DNA of 64,000 nt. Origin: Planctomycetota bacterium (GTDB taxonomy: Bacteria; Planctomycetota; UBA1135; UBA2386). Under the pieces are notes generated by a model that searched no databases, was not told the origin of the DNA, and saw nothing but the letters and a program-made list of their open reading frames with translations. Below, piece by piece: positions 21,052-30,893 of this stretch. The stretch is taken from the NCBI GenBank assembly GCA_046290465.1, contig JBKAGP010000001.1, positions 3,936,001-4,000,000 of the forward strand, read 5' to 3'. The stretch's first letter is position 1. Each line of letters starts with the position of its first letter. A program made the translations under genes and the position numbers.

Positions 21052-23537
21052 AGCGCGCCGACCGTCAGCACGAGGGCGTTGGACGAGCTGGCCAGCACCC
21101 CACCGGGGCCGAAGACGATCGGCAGGGACTGCAGGTGCATGTCGTTGCCGACCAGCGCCGGCACCACCGGGATCGCCAGCGATGTCGCCACCGAACCGCT
21201 GCCTCCTGCGACCGCCGGAGCGAGCAGCATCTCGGCGTTGACCAGCAGGGAGCACGCGGGGTCGCTCGCGGGCACGACGGCCGCCAGCGGCAGCGACGCG
21301 GACGTCGAACCGAGCACCTGCAGCACGATCGAGCCAACCGATACGCCGTCGGTCTGGCTGCGGAAGGTGGTGCCGATCCACGGCCGATCGTCGGAACCGA
21401 GCGTGACCACACCGGCCGTCGACGCGCAGCCCTGACCGGAAACGACCACCGTCGCGGGACAGGCCGGTTGCAGGCGGAAGAAGTGCGCGCTCGGGATCGA
21501 ATCGGTCGGGCCGGCACCCGCAACCGCGAACTCGCCGACGACCGCGACCGAACCGTCGGCCGCAACCGCGAGGTCGCGGACCGGGCCCGATACCCACGCA
21601 GGCGACGTCCACGTGCTGCCGTTCCAGCGCTGCAGCGTCCGGCCACCGACGAGCAGGTCGCCTCCGGGCAGTTCGGCGAGCGCGCGCACCGGGCCCGACG
21701 GTGCCGGAGCCTGGATGGTGGTCACGTTGGTGCCGTCGAAGATGTGCAGGCGATTGGCGAGATCGCCGCCCAGCACGAGTTCGCCGCTGCTGCGCCGCAA
21801 CATCGTCCGGATCGTGTTGGGAACCCCCTGCACCTGCAGGCCCTGCAGTTCGCCGACCCAGCTCGCGCCGTTCCACCGCACGACCTGCCAGCTGGTCGCG
21901 CCGGCTGCGAACGTGCCGCCGAGCAACACATCGCCGTTGGCTTCGACCACGATCGTGCGAACCTCGCCGACGAGCCCGGTCAGTCCGGTGCCGGAGACGG
22001 TCACACCGTCCCAGGTCGCCAGCACGACCTCCTGGGTCAGGCGATCCCGACACCCGAGCACGGCATCGCCATTGATGGCGGTCGCCAGCGCCAGCGGCTC
22101 GTTGGCCACCCAGAAGGCGGGATCGAGCGGTTGCGCCGCGTTGCCGACCACGCGCACGACCGGCACCGGCGTTGCCAGACCCGCGAACGAGAACGCGCCG
22201 ATCGCGAGCACCTCCCCGTTGGGCCCGTTGGCGACGTCGGTGACCGGGATCTCCGACGCCGGCGTCACGTCCGCCCAGCCGGCGCCGTCCAACCGCGCGA
22301 TCCGCGTCGCAGCCTGGCCGCCACGGCTCGTGAATGCACCGCCGACGACCAGGGTGCCGTCAGCCGCCGCAGCGACGGCGAGCATCGGCGCTTCGGTCCC
22401 GCGCCCGAGGGCCGCCCAGCCCTGCGCGAACCTCGCAACGCGCACGGCCCGCGTGCCACCGACCTCGGTGAAGTCACCTGCCGCGAACAGCGAACCGCTG
22501 GCCAGGCGCGCGATCTGGTAGCTCGTGCCGTTGGCAGTCCAAGGCTGCAGCTGCCAACCAGCCGGGCCGAGCACGCCGAAGAACGACGCGCCGCGACACG
22601 CCAGTTGGCCGGCGGGTGTTTCGCCGAGGGTGATCCCACCGGGCGGCTGCGACGGGTGCGGTGTCCATCCCGAACCGCTCCAGAACGCGAACGGAGACGT
22701 GCCCAGCGGGCCGGCAATGTGGAGCACGCCGCCGACTTCGACCGCGCTGCTGACCCAAGCCGACAGCTGGCCGCCGGTCGTGAACGCGTTCCACTGCGTG
22801 CCGTCCCAGCGGGCGACGTGGTCGGTGACGACGCCGTCGATCGACGTGAACACTCCCGCCGCGACGACATCGCCGTTGGCCAGCAGTTCGAGGTCGAACA
22901 CGGCGCCCTCGCCGTTGACCGGGAACGACGGGAACCCCACCGGGAGGAACGTCTGCGAGACCCACGTGTCGCCAAACGGGCTCCACGCGCTGCCGTTCCA
23001 GCGAGCGAGACCGGCGGCCGCGACGCCGTCGACCTGCGTGAAGCTGCCCGCGACGATCACGTCGCCGCTCGGCAGGAACAAGATGTCGGACACGCCTGTG
23101 TCGAACGAGCCGATGTCGTCCCAGTTGGTGCCGTTCCAGCTCGACAGGCTGTAGCCCGCCGGAAACACGGAGACGCGCTGCGCAATCAGCTGGCCCTGGT
23201 CCCCTGCGTGCACCGACTGCACGAAGCCGGGCAGCGGCGACGGAAACCGCTCGAAGCGAGACGCCACGGGATCGTAGATCGCGACCCCGGGTGAGTAGAC
23301 GTCGCCCGCCACGACGAAGTCGCCGCCGAGCACGAGTCGCTCGGCCTCCGGCCCGGGACCGTCGGGATCCCAAGGCACGATGCTGCACCAATCGCCGTAG
23401 GGGAAGCCAGCCCCATCGACGCCGGGAAAGCCGAGCCCCGCGACGGCGACGGGAGCGCATGGCGACTGGCTAGGGAGGGTAGACGCAAGCAACGCCGCGA
23501 TCGTCACGCTGGCGCTGCGCCGGAGGGAGGTCTGCAT
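21048..23537 (-). CDS. Secreted beta-propeller repeat protein with shared C-terminal domain
   Basis: Signal peptide; repeats GDVIVAGSFTxxDGV...IARWDGxxW. Confidence 0.88.
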   Translation of the reverse strand: MQTSLRRSASVTIAALLASTLPSQSPCAPVAVAGLGFPGVDGAGFPYGDWCSIVPWDPDGPGPEAERLVLGGDFVVAGDVYSPGVAIYDPVASRFERFPSPLPGFVQSVHAGDQGQLIAQRVSVFPAGYSLSSWNGTNWDDIGSFDTGVSDILFLPSGDVIVAGSFTQVDGVAAAGLARWNGSAWSPFGDTWVSQTFLPVGFPSFPVNGEGAVFDLELLANGDVVAAGVFTSIDGVVTDHVARWDGTQWNAFTTGGQLSAWVSSAVEVGGVLHIAGPLGTSPFAFWSGSGWTPHPSQPPGGITLGETPAGQLACRGASFFGVLGPAGWQLQPWTANGTSYQIARLASGSLFAAGDFTEVGGTRAVRVARFAQGWAALGRGTEAPMLAVAAAADGTLVVGGAFTSRGGQAATRIARLDGAGWADVTPASEIPVTDVANGPNGEVLAIGAFSFAGLATPVPVVRVVGNAAQPLDPAFWVANEPLALATAINGDAVLGCRDRLTQEVVLATWDGVTVSGTGLTGLVGEVRTIVVEANGDVLLGGTFAAGATSWQVVRWNGASWVGELQGLQVQGVPNTIRTMLRRSSGELVLGGDLANRLHIFDGTNVTTIQAPAPSGPVRALAELPGGDLLVGGRTLQRWNGSTWTSPAWVSGPVRDLAVAADGSVAVVGEFAVAGAGPTDSIPSAHFFRLQPACPATVVVSGQGCASTAGVVTLGSDDRPWIGTTFRSQTDGVSVGSIVLQVLGSTSASLPLAAVVPASDPACSLLVNAEMLLAPAVAGGSGSVATSLAIPVVPALVGNDMHLQSLPIVFGPGGVLASSSNALVLTVGAL

Positions 23538-23663
23538 CAGACAGCCTTGGTCTGGAGCAGGCGGGGCACGGAACGGCGGGGGGCAGGAGCCGACCTTCCC
23601 GTCTGCAGGGGTCCTTCGAGATGGTAGCTGGATCATCGCCGGGCGGCCACCGGCGGATGCGCG

Positions 23664-24083
23664 CTACCAGTGTCCCGTGTTCGCCATCGACGCCCACGGC
23701 TCCGCCGGGGCCAGCGCCTCGCCGCGCTGCAGCAGTTCGATCGAGATGTTGTCCGGCGATCGCACGAAGGCCATGCGGCCATCGCGCGGCGGACGGTTGA
23801 TCGTCACCCCCCCATCCATCAGCCGCTGGCACATCCCGTAGATGTCGTCGACCTCGTAGGCCAGATGACCGAAGTTGCGGCCCTCGCCGTAGTCCTCGGG
23901 GTCCCAGTTGTAGGTCAGCTCGACCTGCGCCTCCTCGTCGCCGGGCGCCGCGAGGAAGACGAGCGTGAAGCGGCCCTTCTCACTCTCCTTGCGCCGGATC
24001 TCCACGAGACCGAGGTGCTTGCAATAGAACTCGAGCGACTGGTCGATGTCGGTGACGCGCACCATCGTGTGCAGGTACTTCAT
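23664..24083 (-). CDS. gloA: Lactoylglutathione lyase (glyoxalase I, VOC family)
   Basis: [50 protein letters not shown]. Confidence 0.93.
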   Translation of the reverse strand: MKYLHTMVRVTDIDQSLEFYCKHLGLVEIRRKESEKGRFTLVFLAAPGDEEAQVELTYNWDPEDYGEGRNFGHLAYEVDDIYGMCQRLMDGGVTINRPPRDGRMAFVRSPDNISIELLQRGEALAPAEPWASMANTGHW

Positions 24084-24325
24084 GGGCTGGCGGGGTGTTG
24101 CGGGTGTCGACGGTTCGGGGTGCGGATCGGAGCACCTGCGGATCGTGGCGCCTGACCATCCGCGCGACGGGCGCACCCGTCAAGGCGCCGTCGAGACCGG
24201 CCGATCCGGCGGATCGTTCGAGATGGCGACCGGGATACGGGCCGACGGTGGCAACGCCGACGAGGTCATCGACGAACGAGAAGCGCGCCTCCTGCGTCGC
24301 GCCCGCATCCGCCTGACGCGCGCCC

Positions 24326-24742
24326 CTAGCGGGCAAAGCCCCGTCCGCACGCGTACTCGCCACTTCCGCGATCACGGTTGGCAGCGCGTCCACTACATGG
24401 ACGCGCTCCTAGCGGGCAAAGCCCCGTCCGCACGCGTACTCGCCGCTTCCGCGATCACGGTTGGCAGCGCGTCCACTACATGGACGCGCCGAGCGGGCAA
24501 AGCCCCGTCCGCACGCGTACTCGCCGCTTCCGCGATCACGGTTGGCAGCGCGTCCACTACATGGACGCGCTCCTAGCGGGCAAAGCCCCGTCCGCACGCG
24601 TACTCGCCGCTTCCGCGATCACGGTTGGCAGCGCGTCCACTACATGGACGCGCTCCTAGCGGGCAAAGCCCCGTCCGCACGCGTACTCGCCGCTTCCGCG
24701 ATCACGGTTGGCAGCGCGTCCACTACATGGACGCGCTCCTAG
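24326..24742 (+). repeat. Tandem array of five ~83-bp REP/MITE-like palindromic units joined at CTAG
   Basis: Units start at 24326, 24409, 24490 (variant junction), 24573 and 24656; each has hairpins CGGGC-AAA-GCCCCG and AGCGCGTCCA-CTACA-TGGACGCGCT; no variable spacers. Confidence 0.95.
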
Positions 24743-25737
24743 CAGAGAATGCGCGTGACCTCTTCGCGCACGATCGGGATCAGCAGATCGGCGAGCTGGC
24801 GGTTGGCGTAGAACGCGAACGACATGTTGGTCGTGATGTCGAGCGGCGCGTCCAGTGGCTGGCCGAACGGATCGCAAACGACGCAACCGGCCTGCTGCCC
24901 GACGAGCCACGTCGACAGGTCGTACGGCCGGCACGCCAGCGCCGACTCGATGCCGAGCTTGCGGTAGACGAGCGGTCGCAGGTCGAGCACGAAGCGGTCG
25001 CGTCCGAGCATGACCTCGGCGAGTTGGCCGCCGGTCGAGATGTATTGGTCCGTGTAGACCTCGGCCTTCTCCGGATTCCATCCCCCAAGCGCCCGTGTGA
25101 GGATCGCCTCGTCGAGCTCGGCGATCAGCGTCTTGCCGCCGGGGAAGAAGTTGGCGACCGACGCGAAGCCGTGCTTCACGTGGTCTTTCGTGCTCGGCAG
25201 GATGCGCAGCGGGGCGGTCGTGTCGCGCACCACGTCGTGCCGTTCTGCCTGCGCCGGCTGGCCCGCCACCGCCCAGACGACATCACTGATGTGCTGCCGG
25301 GTCGTCGGCAGTTCGGTCATCACCGCGACCTCGACGTCCTGCAGCCGCGTCTCGGAACCGTTGTCCGGCGCCGCCCCCATCAGGCACCAGCCGCTGCGCT
25401 TGTCGAACATCAGCCCACGCGTCCCGTCGATCGGATCGACGAGCAACCGAAACGGCGGCCCCCCGACCCCCGGCCGCCCGAACTCGACCCCGTCCGTCGG
25501 CAACCCTTCGCCCACCAGCCGGAAGTGCTGCTCCTCGCCCCACCGCTCGCAGTAGCGCAGCAGTATCTCCTCGACCTCGACATCGATCCCGAAGATCGTG
25601 TCGCCTTCGTCGTCGCGCGCGGCCCGCGCCATGTGCTCGATCGTCTGCGTCTCCATGTGCTGACGAAGCGCGCTGCGGATCTCGACCTGGAGGTCGCGCA
25701 GCCGCGGAACGAGGGTGCGATGGTCGAGTTTGGTCAT
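24739..25737 (-). CDS. Inositol monophosphatase / FBPase-like superfamily protein
   Basis: GDTIFGID, GEG and DPIDGT motifs; YD motif near the C-terminus. Confidence 0.85.
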   Translation of the reverse strand: MTKLDHRTLVPRLRDLQVEIRSALRQHMETQTIEHMARAARDDEGDTIFGIDVEVEEILLRYCERWGEEQHFRLVGEGLPTDGVEFGRPGVGGPPFRLLVDPIDGTRGLMFDKRSGWCLMGAAPDNGSETRLQDVEVAVMTELPTTRQHISDVVWAVAGQPAQAERHDVVRDTTAPLRILPSTKDHVKHGFASVANFFPGGKTLIAELDEAILTRALGGWNPEKAEVYTDQYISTGGQLAEVMLGRDRFVLDLRPLVYRKLGIESALACRPYDLSTWLVGQQAGCVVCDPFGQPLDAPLDITTNMSFAFYANRQLADLLIPIVREEVTRILC

Positions 25738-25776
25738 GGTCGAAGGCGCCGGCATGGTATACCGATCGACCCCCGA

Positions 25777-25853
25777 GGGCCCTTAGCTCAATTGGTCAGA
25801 GCCGGCGGCTCATACCCGCTAGGTTGCAGGTTCGAGTCCTGCAGGGCCTACCA
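25777..25853 (+). tRNA. tRNA with anticodon CAT, probably tRNA-Ile2 (lysidine); elongator Met not excluded
   Basis: Full cloverleaf: GGGCCCT/AGGGCCT acceptor stem, GCTC/GAGC D-stem, GGCGG-CTCATAC-CCGCT, GCAGG-TTCGAGT-CCTGC, encoded CCA; C4-G69 and C5-G68 pairs are typical TilS determinants. Confidence 0.95.
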
Positions 25854-26734
25854 CTCGGATCGTGCGCGGATGGCGCGTAGTTGCCGATTCGCGGGGGGTG
25901 CGCTCTTCGGGAAGGGCGAGTGTGCAACAGAGTGTGCAATGGCCTCGGTCACAAGCTGGCACGGCGTGGCACAACGTGGCACGGTCGGGCGGGTGGTTCC
26001 CGGGGACGGGAAGTAGCACCTGCAGGGCAAGACCTGCAGGTGGCGGGCGGATTCCGGCGGCGTGCCCGCGATGCAGGACTGGGGCCGGCCCGTCGGGCTT
26101 GAGCCGTCGTAGAGCCCAACGGGCAGCACAAGGGCCGCGCCCCGGTCAGACCGCGGCTTGAACACGAAGGGCCAGAGGCGGCGCCAGGGGGCGAGCCGGA
26201 GCTACACGAAGGGCAGGACCGCGGCTATCGCGACCGGAGTCGCTGCCAAGGCCGCCCGCACGCCAGATTCGACTCGGATGCCCGCGCGCGTCAGCGCCAC
26301 AGGCTGAGCTTCGCCCTACCCGCTGCTGGCTGCGCTTCCATGAGAAGGTCACGAACCATGCGGATCAGCTCGCGGAGATCGCGAGAGTCGCGACGTTCGA
26401 AGTCGACCGAGGCCTGCCGCGGGGGCAAGTTGGCACTCATGGCATGTGGAGGCGCGCGGCTGAGCTGAGACGATCGGCCGAGCCCTGGCCGCCTGTTCAC
26501 GGTTTCGGCAGGTCCTGAGCAGACGTCGAACCGGCTGCCCTTCCACACCCACAAGCTGTGGGCGCCGAGACTTGAAGCGAGCCACGAACTGTCCACCGCA
26601 AGCAAATCACGGTCCGGCTCGCACCAGGAACGGAACTACACGGGCCAGCCGAATTCCTCCCAGGCAGGCGTCGGCCTCTCTTCGGGAGCGGTTTAGGCTG
26701 GCGGCAGAAGTCGGCGAGCTGTTCTTGTCGAGTT

Positions 26735-26754
26735 CCGTCTAAACGACGTTAGCC
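26735..26754 (+). other. Integron core site GTTAGCC preceded by CGTCTAA-ACGAC (attI-like or degenerate attC)
   Basis: GTTRRRY at 26748-26754 is the exact reverse complement of GGCTAAC, which opens the next attC. Confidence 0.65.
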
Positions 26755-26774
26755 AGAGGAGTGACACCAAACGC

Positions 26775-27491
26775 GTGGACCTAGCACCGCTGTTCTTCCG
26801 GCTCTGCGCTGAATCCAGTGATGGCGCCACAACCTACCTTGGGACGGCGTTTCCTGTAGCTCCGGGCGGTGGGCTTCTGACGTGCCGCCACGTCGTTAAG
26901 TCGCTTCCTCGTGATTCCATCCTGGCCGTGCACGACTACCGTGGTGTTCGGCTTGCACAAGTCAGTGCCGAGCCTGTCTACCCGAGTGACCCTCTGGTCG
27001 ACTTGGCGTTTCTGCCCGATACGCTCTCGTCGACCAAGCCGGAGTTCTTTCCGATCCTGGTTCCAAGTGATCTCAAGGTGGGAGAGGACGTCTATTCGTT
27101 CGGCTTCTTCGCCTTAGGTGGAGGCGACTCAGAGATCGAGCACGGCTTCTTCGCCGGCAAGATCGTTAGCTTCTTCGGCCATCAGAATGTTGTTGGCCGA
27201 ACCTCGATGCTGTTGCCCTATGCCGTTCTCGAGGGCATGTCCGGCAGCCCGGTGTTGACCTACCACAATGGCCCCAAGCTCGTGGGTCTTGCCATCGGCA
27301 ACCGCGCCTCTCGCATCCTTGCTCATGAGGTTTCATCCTTCGAGGACGATCAAGAGCGCTTCACCGAGACCATCCATCGGGTAGTCGAGTTCGGCGTGGC
27401 TCTCCACGCCGCAGCGATCATAGGGTTCCTCAGCGAGGCTGGTGTTCCTTGCGTTGTTTCGAGTAAGCGAGTGCAAGTGCCGGGGCTATGA
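26775..27491 (+). CDS. Trypsin-like (S1) serine protease, integron gene cassette 1
   Basis: GTAF...LLTCRHVV (His), DLAFL (Asp), GMSGSPV (Ser); RBS GAGGAG; no signal peptide. Confidence 0.88.
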   Translation: MDLAPLFFRLCAESSDGATTYLGTAFPVAPGGGLLTCRHVVKSLPRDSILAVHDYRGVRLAQVSAEPVYPSDPLVDLAFLPDTLSSTKPEFFPILVPSDLKVGEDVYSFGFFALGGGDSEIEHGFFAGKIVSFFGHQNVVGRTSMLLPYAVLEGMSGSPVLTYHNGPKLVGLAIGNRASRILAHEVSSFEDDQERFTETIHRVVEFGVALHAAAIIGFLSEAGVPCVVSSKRVQVPGL

Positions 27492-27496
27492 TCCCT

Positions 27497-27560
27497 GGCT
27501 AACTAGTCTCAGCAGCTGACGGGGCTACGCCCCGCAGCTGAGAGACCAAAGACGTTGGGC
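27497..27560 (+). other. attC site 1 (integron cassette recombination site)
   Basis: GGCTAAC ... TCTCAGCAGCTGACGGGGC-TAC-GCCCCGCAGCTGAGAGA ... GTTGGGC; imperfect 64-bp hairpin with extrahelical bases, 5 bp after the stop codon. Confidence 0.9.
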
Positions 27561-27583
27561 CGACGTCCCGGTCTGCAAGCACA

Positions 27584-28135
27584 ATGGAAACTGGTTCTTG
27601 GATCGGAGTGGTGGCGTTGACGTCGATTGCCTTTGGCATGGTCGGATTCGTTGCCGGTAAGTCGCTCGCTGACGAGCGGATCGTCGAGAAGCGGGTCGAG
27701 GTTCCCGTGCCAGTCGAGACGCCCGCGGAGCCTCCGCCGGTAGATGCTAGCGCCGTCGCATTCGACATGAAGAGCCGCGAGTTGGCGGTTGCGTTGGCAG
27801 ACACGCTTGACGGTGTGGCAGACAATCTCAGCGAGACCCAGATCGCGGACTACGACGCACTGCTGAGCCGCCCACCGGCACCGCTAAAGACGGAGGCTGC
27901 GATCAAGATCCGTGAGGCGTTAGATGGCCTGCGGCGCTTGCGCGACGATCTGCGGTTTGGCTCGCGGAAAGCCCTGCATCGCTTGGCTGAGCAGATGGAT
28001 GGGATCGAGCAGGACCTTGCACGAATCGCGGAGCAAGCGGCCCGAGACCTTGATCGGGCCGGTGTTGCGGCGGCAGGGACAATTCTCCGGAAGCTAGCAC
28101 AGGACTTTCGAGCACGTGGAAAGGAGCGCAAGTAG
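27584..28135 (+). CDS. Hypothetical protein with N-terminal TM anchor and helical domain, integron gene cassette 2
   Basis: Single ORF between two attC sites; N-terminal hydrophobic helix. Confidence 0.8.
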   Translation: METGSWIGVVALTSIAFGMVGFVAGKSLADERIVEKRVEVPVPVETPAEPPPVDASAVAFDMKSRELAVALADTLDGVADNLSETQIADYDALLSRPPAPLKTEAAIKIREALDGLRRLRDDLRFGSRKALHRLAEQMDGIEQDLARIAEQAARDLDRAGVAAAGTILRKLAQDFRARGKERK

Positions 28136-28143
28136 CATGCGCG

Positions 28144-28206
28144 GCCCAACTACACGCAGGAGCTGACGGCGCTACGCGCCGCAGCTCAGCGTGACGGACG
28201 TTGGGA
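28144..28206 (+). other. attC site 2
   Basis: GCCCAAC ... CACGCAGGAGCTGACGGCGC-TAC-GCGCCGCAGCTCAGCGTG ... GTTGGGA; same central family as attC1. Confidence 0.9.
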
Positions 28207-28506
28207 CGACAGGTCAACATGCGCCGCATTCAGGTTCAGCTGGGACATCCGCGCGAGGTGATTGTCAGCCGCATACGCCGAGGAGAGCGACGATCGACGA
28301 TCGAGGCGCCGCAGTCTTCGCTAGCACCACGCCTCGCCAAGACCGACCGGGGGCAACGTCACATTCTGCAGGGAATGCGACAACCGCAGCTCCGAAGGAT
28401 AGATGCGTCCTCATGCGTTGGCCAGCGGGCTGCGAGCACGGCGCGGCTGTGCTTCATCATCTAAGCATGATGGACAGCGCTGTGTGCCCGGAGTCCGTCA
28501 TTGGGA

Positions 28507-29508
28507 TCAATTGAGAGGATCTCCAGTGTCGGGGTTGAGTTGGCGGAGAGGGGCAATCTGCATCGGCACACCCATGATCCCACGAGTCTCGTCGAAAGCC
28601 GCCTCGACCGTCCACTCCAGCCGCACCGAACGCCGGTCTGTAGTCCACGGCCGATGCTCGGCGTAGTGCGACACGGGCCGTTCACGAGGTGCAACTCGCG
28701 AGGCGAGGACAACAGCGCAATCGAAGGTCGCTCGAAACACCATCTGAACTGCTCCGCTGTCAGGGCCTCTCAAGAGGTCCGCCTCCTTGTCTCTGACACC
28801 CAAGACCATCAGCTCGATCCCCAAAGGGCCGGAAACCCCCATTGCTCGGAGGATCTCAGCGTCCTCAGCGATGGAGATCCACCCATCGAGGGCAGCGTCG
28901 AGGTGCTGCTGCTCGACCGGCTGCGCCGCCGGGACGGGTGCAAGGTGGTCCTTCAGAAAGTCGCGAGTGCAACGCGTCTCAAGATCTGCACTGCACCCGC
29001 GAGCCTTTGCGACAGCATCGAGCGAGGATGGCAGCGATCCCCCTCCACCGAAGTCCCTGTGATTGTCGGTAAGGAACGAACCGGCACCCGCTCTGGTGGT
29101 CTTGACATGATCTACGAACGTCACCCAGTTGATGAAGTCGCGATAGCCGGCTCCTTCCTTTTTGAAGGGCTGTCCGCTTTTCAGATCTGCCTGAATGACG
29201 TCGCGAACATCTACCGTGATCGGCAGAGTGATGACGCCAGCGCCGGCTAAGTGCTCTGCGAACTGCTCCTTCAGGGCCGGCGGATCTGGCAAGACGTCTG
29301 CCGGAAAGTAGTGGCCGTACTTCTTGCCAACCTCGCGACGGTGCTTCACGTAGTTGGCTTCAAGCTCGTCCAGGACAAGCGTGGAGGTCACCACGTTGTG
29401 GCCGCTCTGCTTGAGTCGGCTCAAGTCACCGGCAAATATGGGGGACCGGCCCTTCGACATCAATTCCGTGGTGTCGATGAACACAACCCGCTTTGGCGTG
29501 GCAGCCAT
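28507..29508 (-). CDS. PIN-domain protein (DUF4935-like putative ribonuclease)
   Basis: VFIDT, LVLDEL, PF...GYRDFINW, FLTDNHRDF acidic PIN motifs. Confidence 0.82.
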   Translation of the reverse strand: MAATPKRVVFIDTTELMSKGRSPIFAGDLSRLKQSGHNVVTSTLVLDELEANYVKHRREVGKKYGHYFPADVLPDPPALKEQFAEHLAGAGVITLPITVDVRDVIQADLKSGQPFKKEGAGYRDFINWVTFVDHVKTTRAGAGSFLTDNHRDFGGGGSLPSSLDAVAKARGCSADLETRCTRDFLKDHLAPVPAAQPVEQQHLDAALDGWISIAEDAEILRAMGVSGPLGIELMVLGVRDKEADLLRGPDSGAVQMVFRATFDCAVVLASRVAPRERPVSHYAEHRPWTTDRRSVRLEWTVEAAFDETRGIMGVPMQIAPLRQLNPDTGDPLN

Positions 29509-29673
29509 GACCGACGACTCTACCCCGCCGAGCCGCGAAGCGCCGGTGACAACCTCGGAATCAGTAGCATCAAAACAAATCGCCGGACGGCGAACGGCGA
29601 GCAAGCACGGAGTATCCGGGAACTGTGCCGTGCAGGTTAGACCAGAGCATCCGAGTAGTGGGCGGCGCTCCGC

Positions 29674-30891
29674 CTATACCGCCTCACCGAACATCCTCGG
29701 CACCGGGAACGTCCCCGGCAGCTCCCGGAACAGGTCGTCCTCCCCGAGTTCCCCGTAGAGGTCCATGGTCAGCCGGATGTCGCTGTGCCGCAGCACCTGC
29801 TGGATGACCTTCGGATGGACCTGCATTTCGATGAGGATGCGGGCGCAGCTCTTGCGGAGCGCGTGGAAGTCGACGCGCTTGCTCGTCGGGCTCTTCTGCG
29901 GGATCAGCCCGGCGAAGGCCGCGTCCTTGCGCACCAACTCTGCCGGCTTGTCAGGCATCTGGAAGACGTGGTCCGTCTCCTGCACCGGCCCGAGGTAGCG
30001 GCGCACCTGCGACTCGCTGCGCCGCGTCCGCATCGCCCGCAGCGCCTCTGCGACGAACCCCTGCAGCGGGATGCGCGCGTCGTCGCCGTTCTTCGTGAAG
30101 TCGCCGGCCAGACGGACGCAGGGCTTGTCGCCGTCGAGCGACACGTCCTCCCACCGGATCGAGGCGCACTCGCTCGCTCGGAAGCCGGTGGTCAGGACGA
30201 ACCAGTAGAGCACCTGCCGGTCTCGGACCTTCTCGTCGTAGCCCTTCTGCGCCTGCACGCCGCCGTAGACGCGCTCGGCTTCGAACCGCGCCCAGGCGGC
30301 CTCGACGAGTTGCTCGGCCTCGCTGAACGTGAACCCTACCCTCTTGAACACGCGGTGCCGGTCCCGCTTCGGGGTCCGGACGCGGATCGACTGGAACGGG
30401 TTCCGGTCCCAGCGGCCGGTCCGCTCGAGCCAGCGCCCGAAGCCTCTGAGGGCTGAGGCGTGGTGGTCTCGCGTCTTGGCGGCGCGCTTCTTTCGAATCG
30501 ACTCCAGCCATCGCTCGGCGCCCGGGGCCGTGATCGAGGGGATCGTGCCCACCTTGGCGAAGCTGACGAAGGCGCGAAGCTGGCGCACGGTCTCGCGAAC
30601 GTAGCGCGGCGCCCGCTGCTCCACCGACATGTGCTCGCGGTATTCGGCGATCAGGCGCGAGAGCGGCACCTCGCGCCACTCGGCGAACGGATCCACGTGG
30701 CCGAGCTTGCGGCGCCCGATCTCGCGCAGGGTCTCGGCGAGGAAGTCCTGCGCGACGCGCTTGTCCTTCGTGCGCGTCGACTTGCGGCGCGTCACCCCAG
30801 CCTCGTCGTCGTAGACGATGTGCCAGAAGGGGCTGTTCGGCCGCTTGTAGGGGTTGCCGACCCAAGCGTTCTCGGCGCTCTTCTTCGCCAC
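29674..30891 (-). CDS. Phage-type tyrosine integrase
   Basis: N-terminal arm-binding segment (WHIVY...RKSTRTKDK); TGFRASE, TKNG, FHALRK, LRHSD, DLY catalytic residues. Confidence 0.93.
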   Translation of the reverse strand: MAKKSAENAWVGNPYKRPNSPFWHIVYDDEAGVTRRKSTRTKDKRVAQDFLAETLREIGRRKLGHVDPFAEWREVPLSRLIAEYREHMSVEQRAPRYVRETVRQLRAFVSFAKVGTIPSITAPGAERWLESIRKKRAAKTRDHHASALRGFGRWLERTGRWDRNPFQSIRVRTPKRDRHRVFKRVGFTFSEAEQLVEAAWARFEAERVYGGVQAQKGYDEKVRDRQVLYWFVLTTGFRASECASIRWEDVSLDGDKPCVRLAGDFTKNGDDARIPLQGFVAEALRAMRTRRSESQVRRYLGPVQETDHVFQMPDKPAELVRKDAAFAGLIPQKSPTSKRVDFHALRKSCARILIEMQVHPKVIQQVLRHSDIRLTMDLYGELGEDDLFRELPGTFPVPRMFGEAV

Positions 30892-30893
30892 AG

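Noticed and set aside
365..23294. Very long Arg/Gly/Ala-rich ORFs (e.g. 365-2437-, 2193-5573-, 4235-7528+, 14427-16982-, 21027-23294+)
   Set aside because: Shadow ORFs antisense to or out of frame with real genes, as expected in very high-GC DNA
24326..24742. CRISPR array
   Set aside because: Units are near-identical over the full 83 bp with no unique spacers, and there are no cas genes in the window
25900..26605. Degenerate intI upstream of the cassette array
   Set aside because: Only faint resemblances (LIRMVRDLL; WPFVF) in different frames; no catalytic RHRY motifs found
28207..28470. Third integron cassette
   Set aside because: No matching TCCCAAC inverse core site, no clean attC hairpin, and the ORF is not protein-like; at most a decayed remnant
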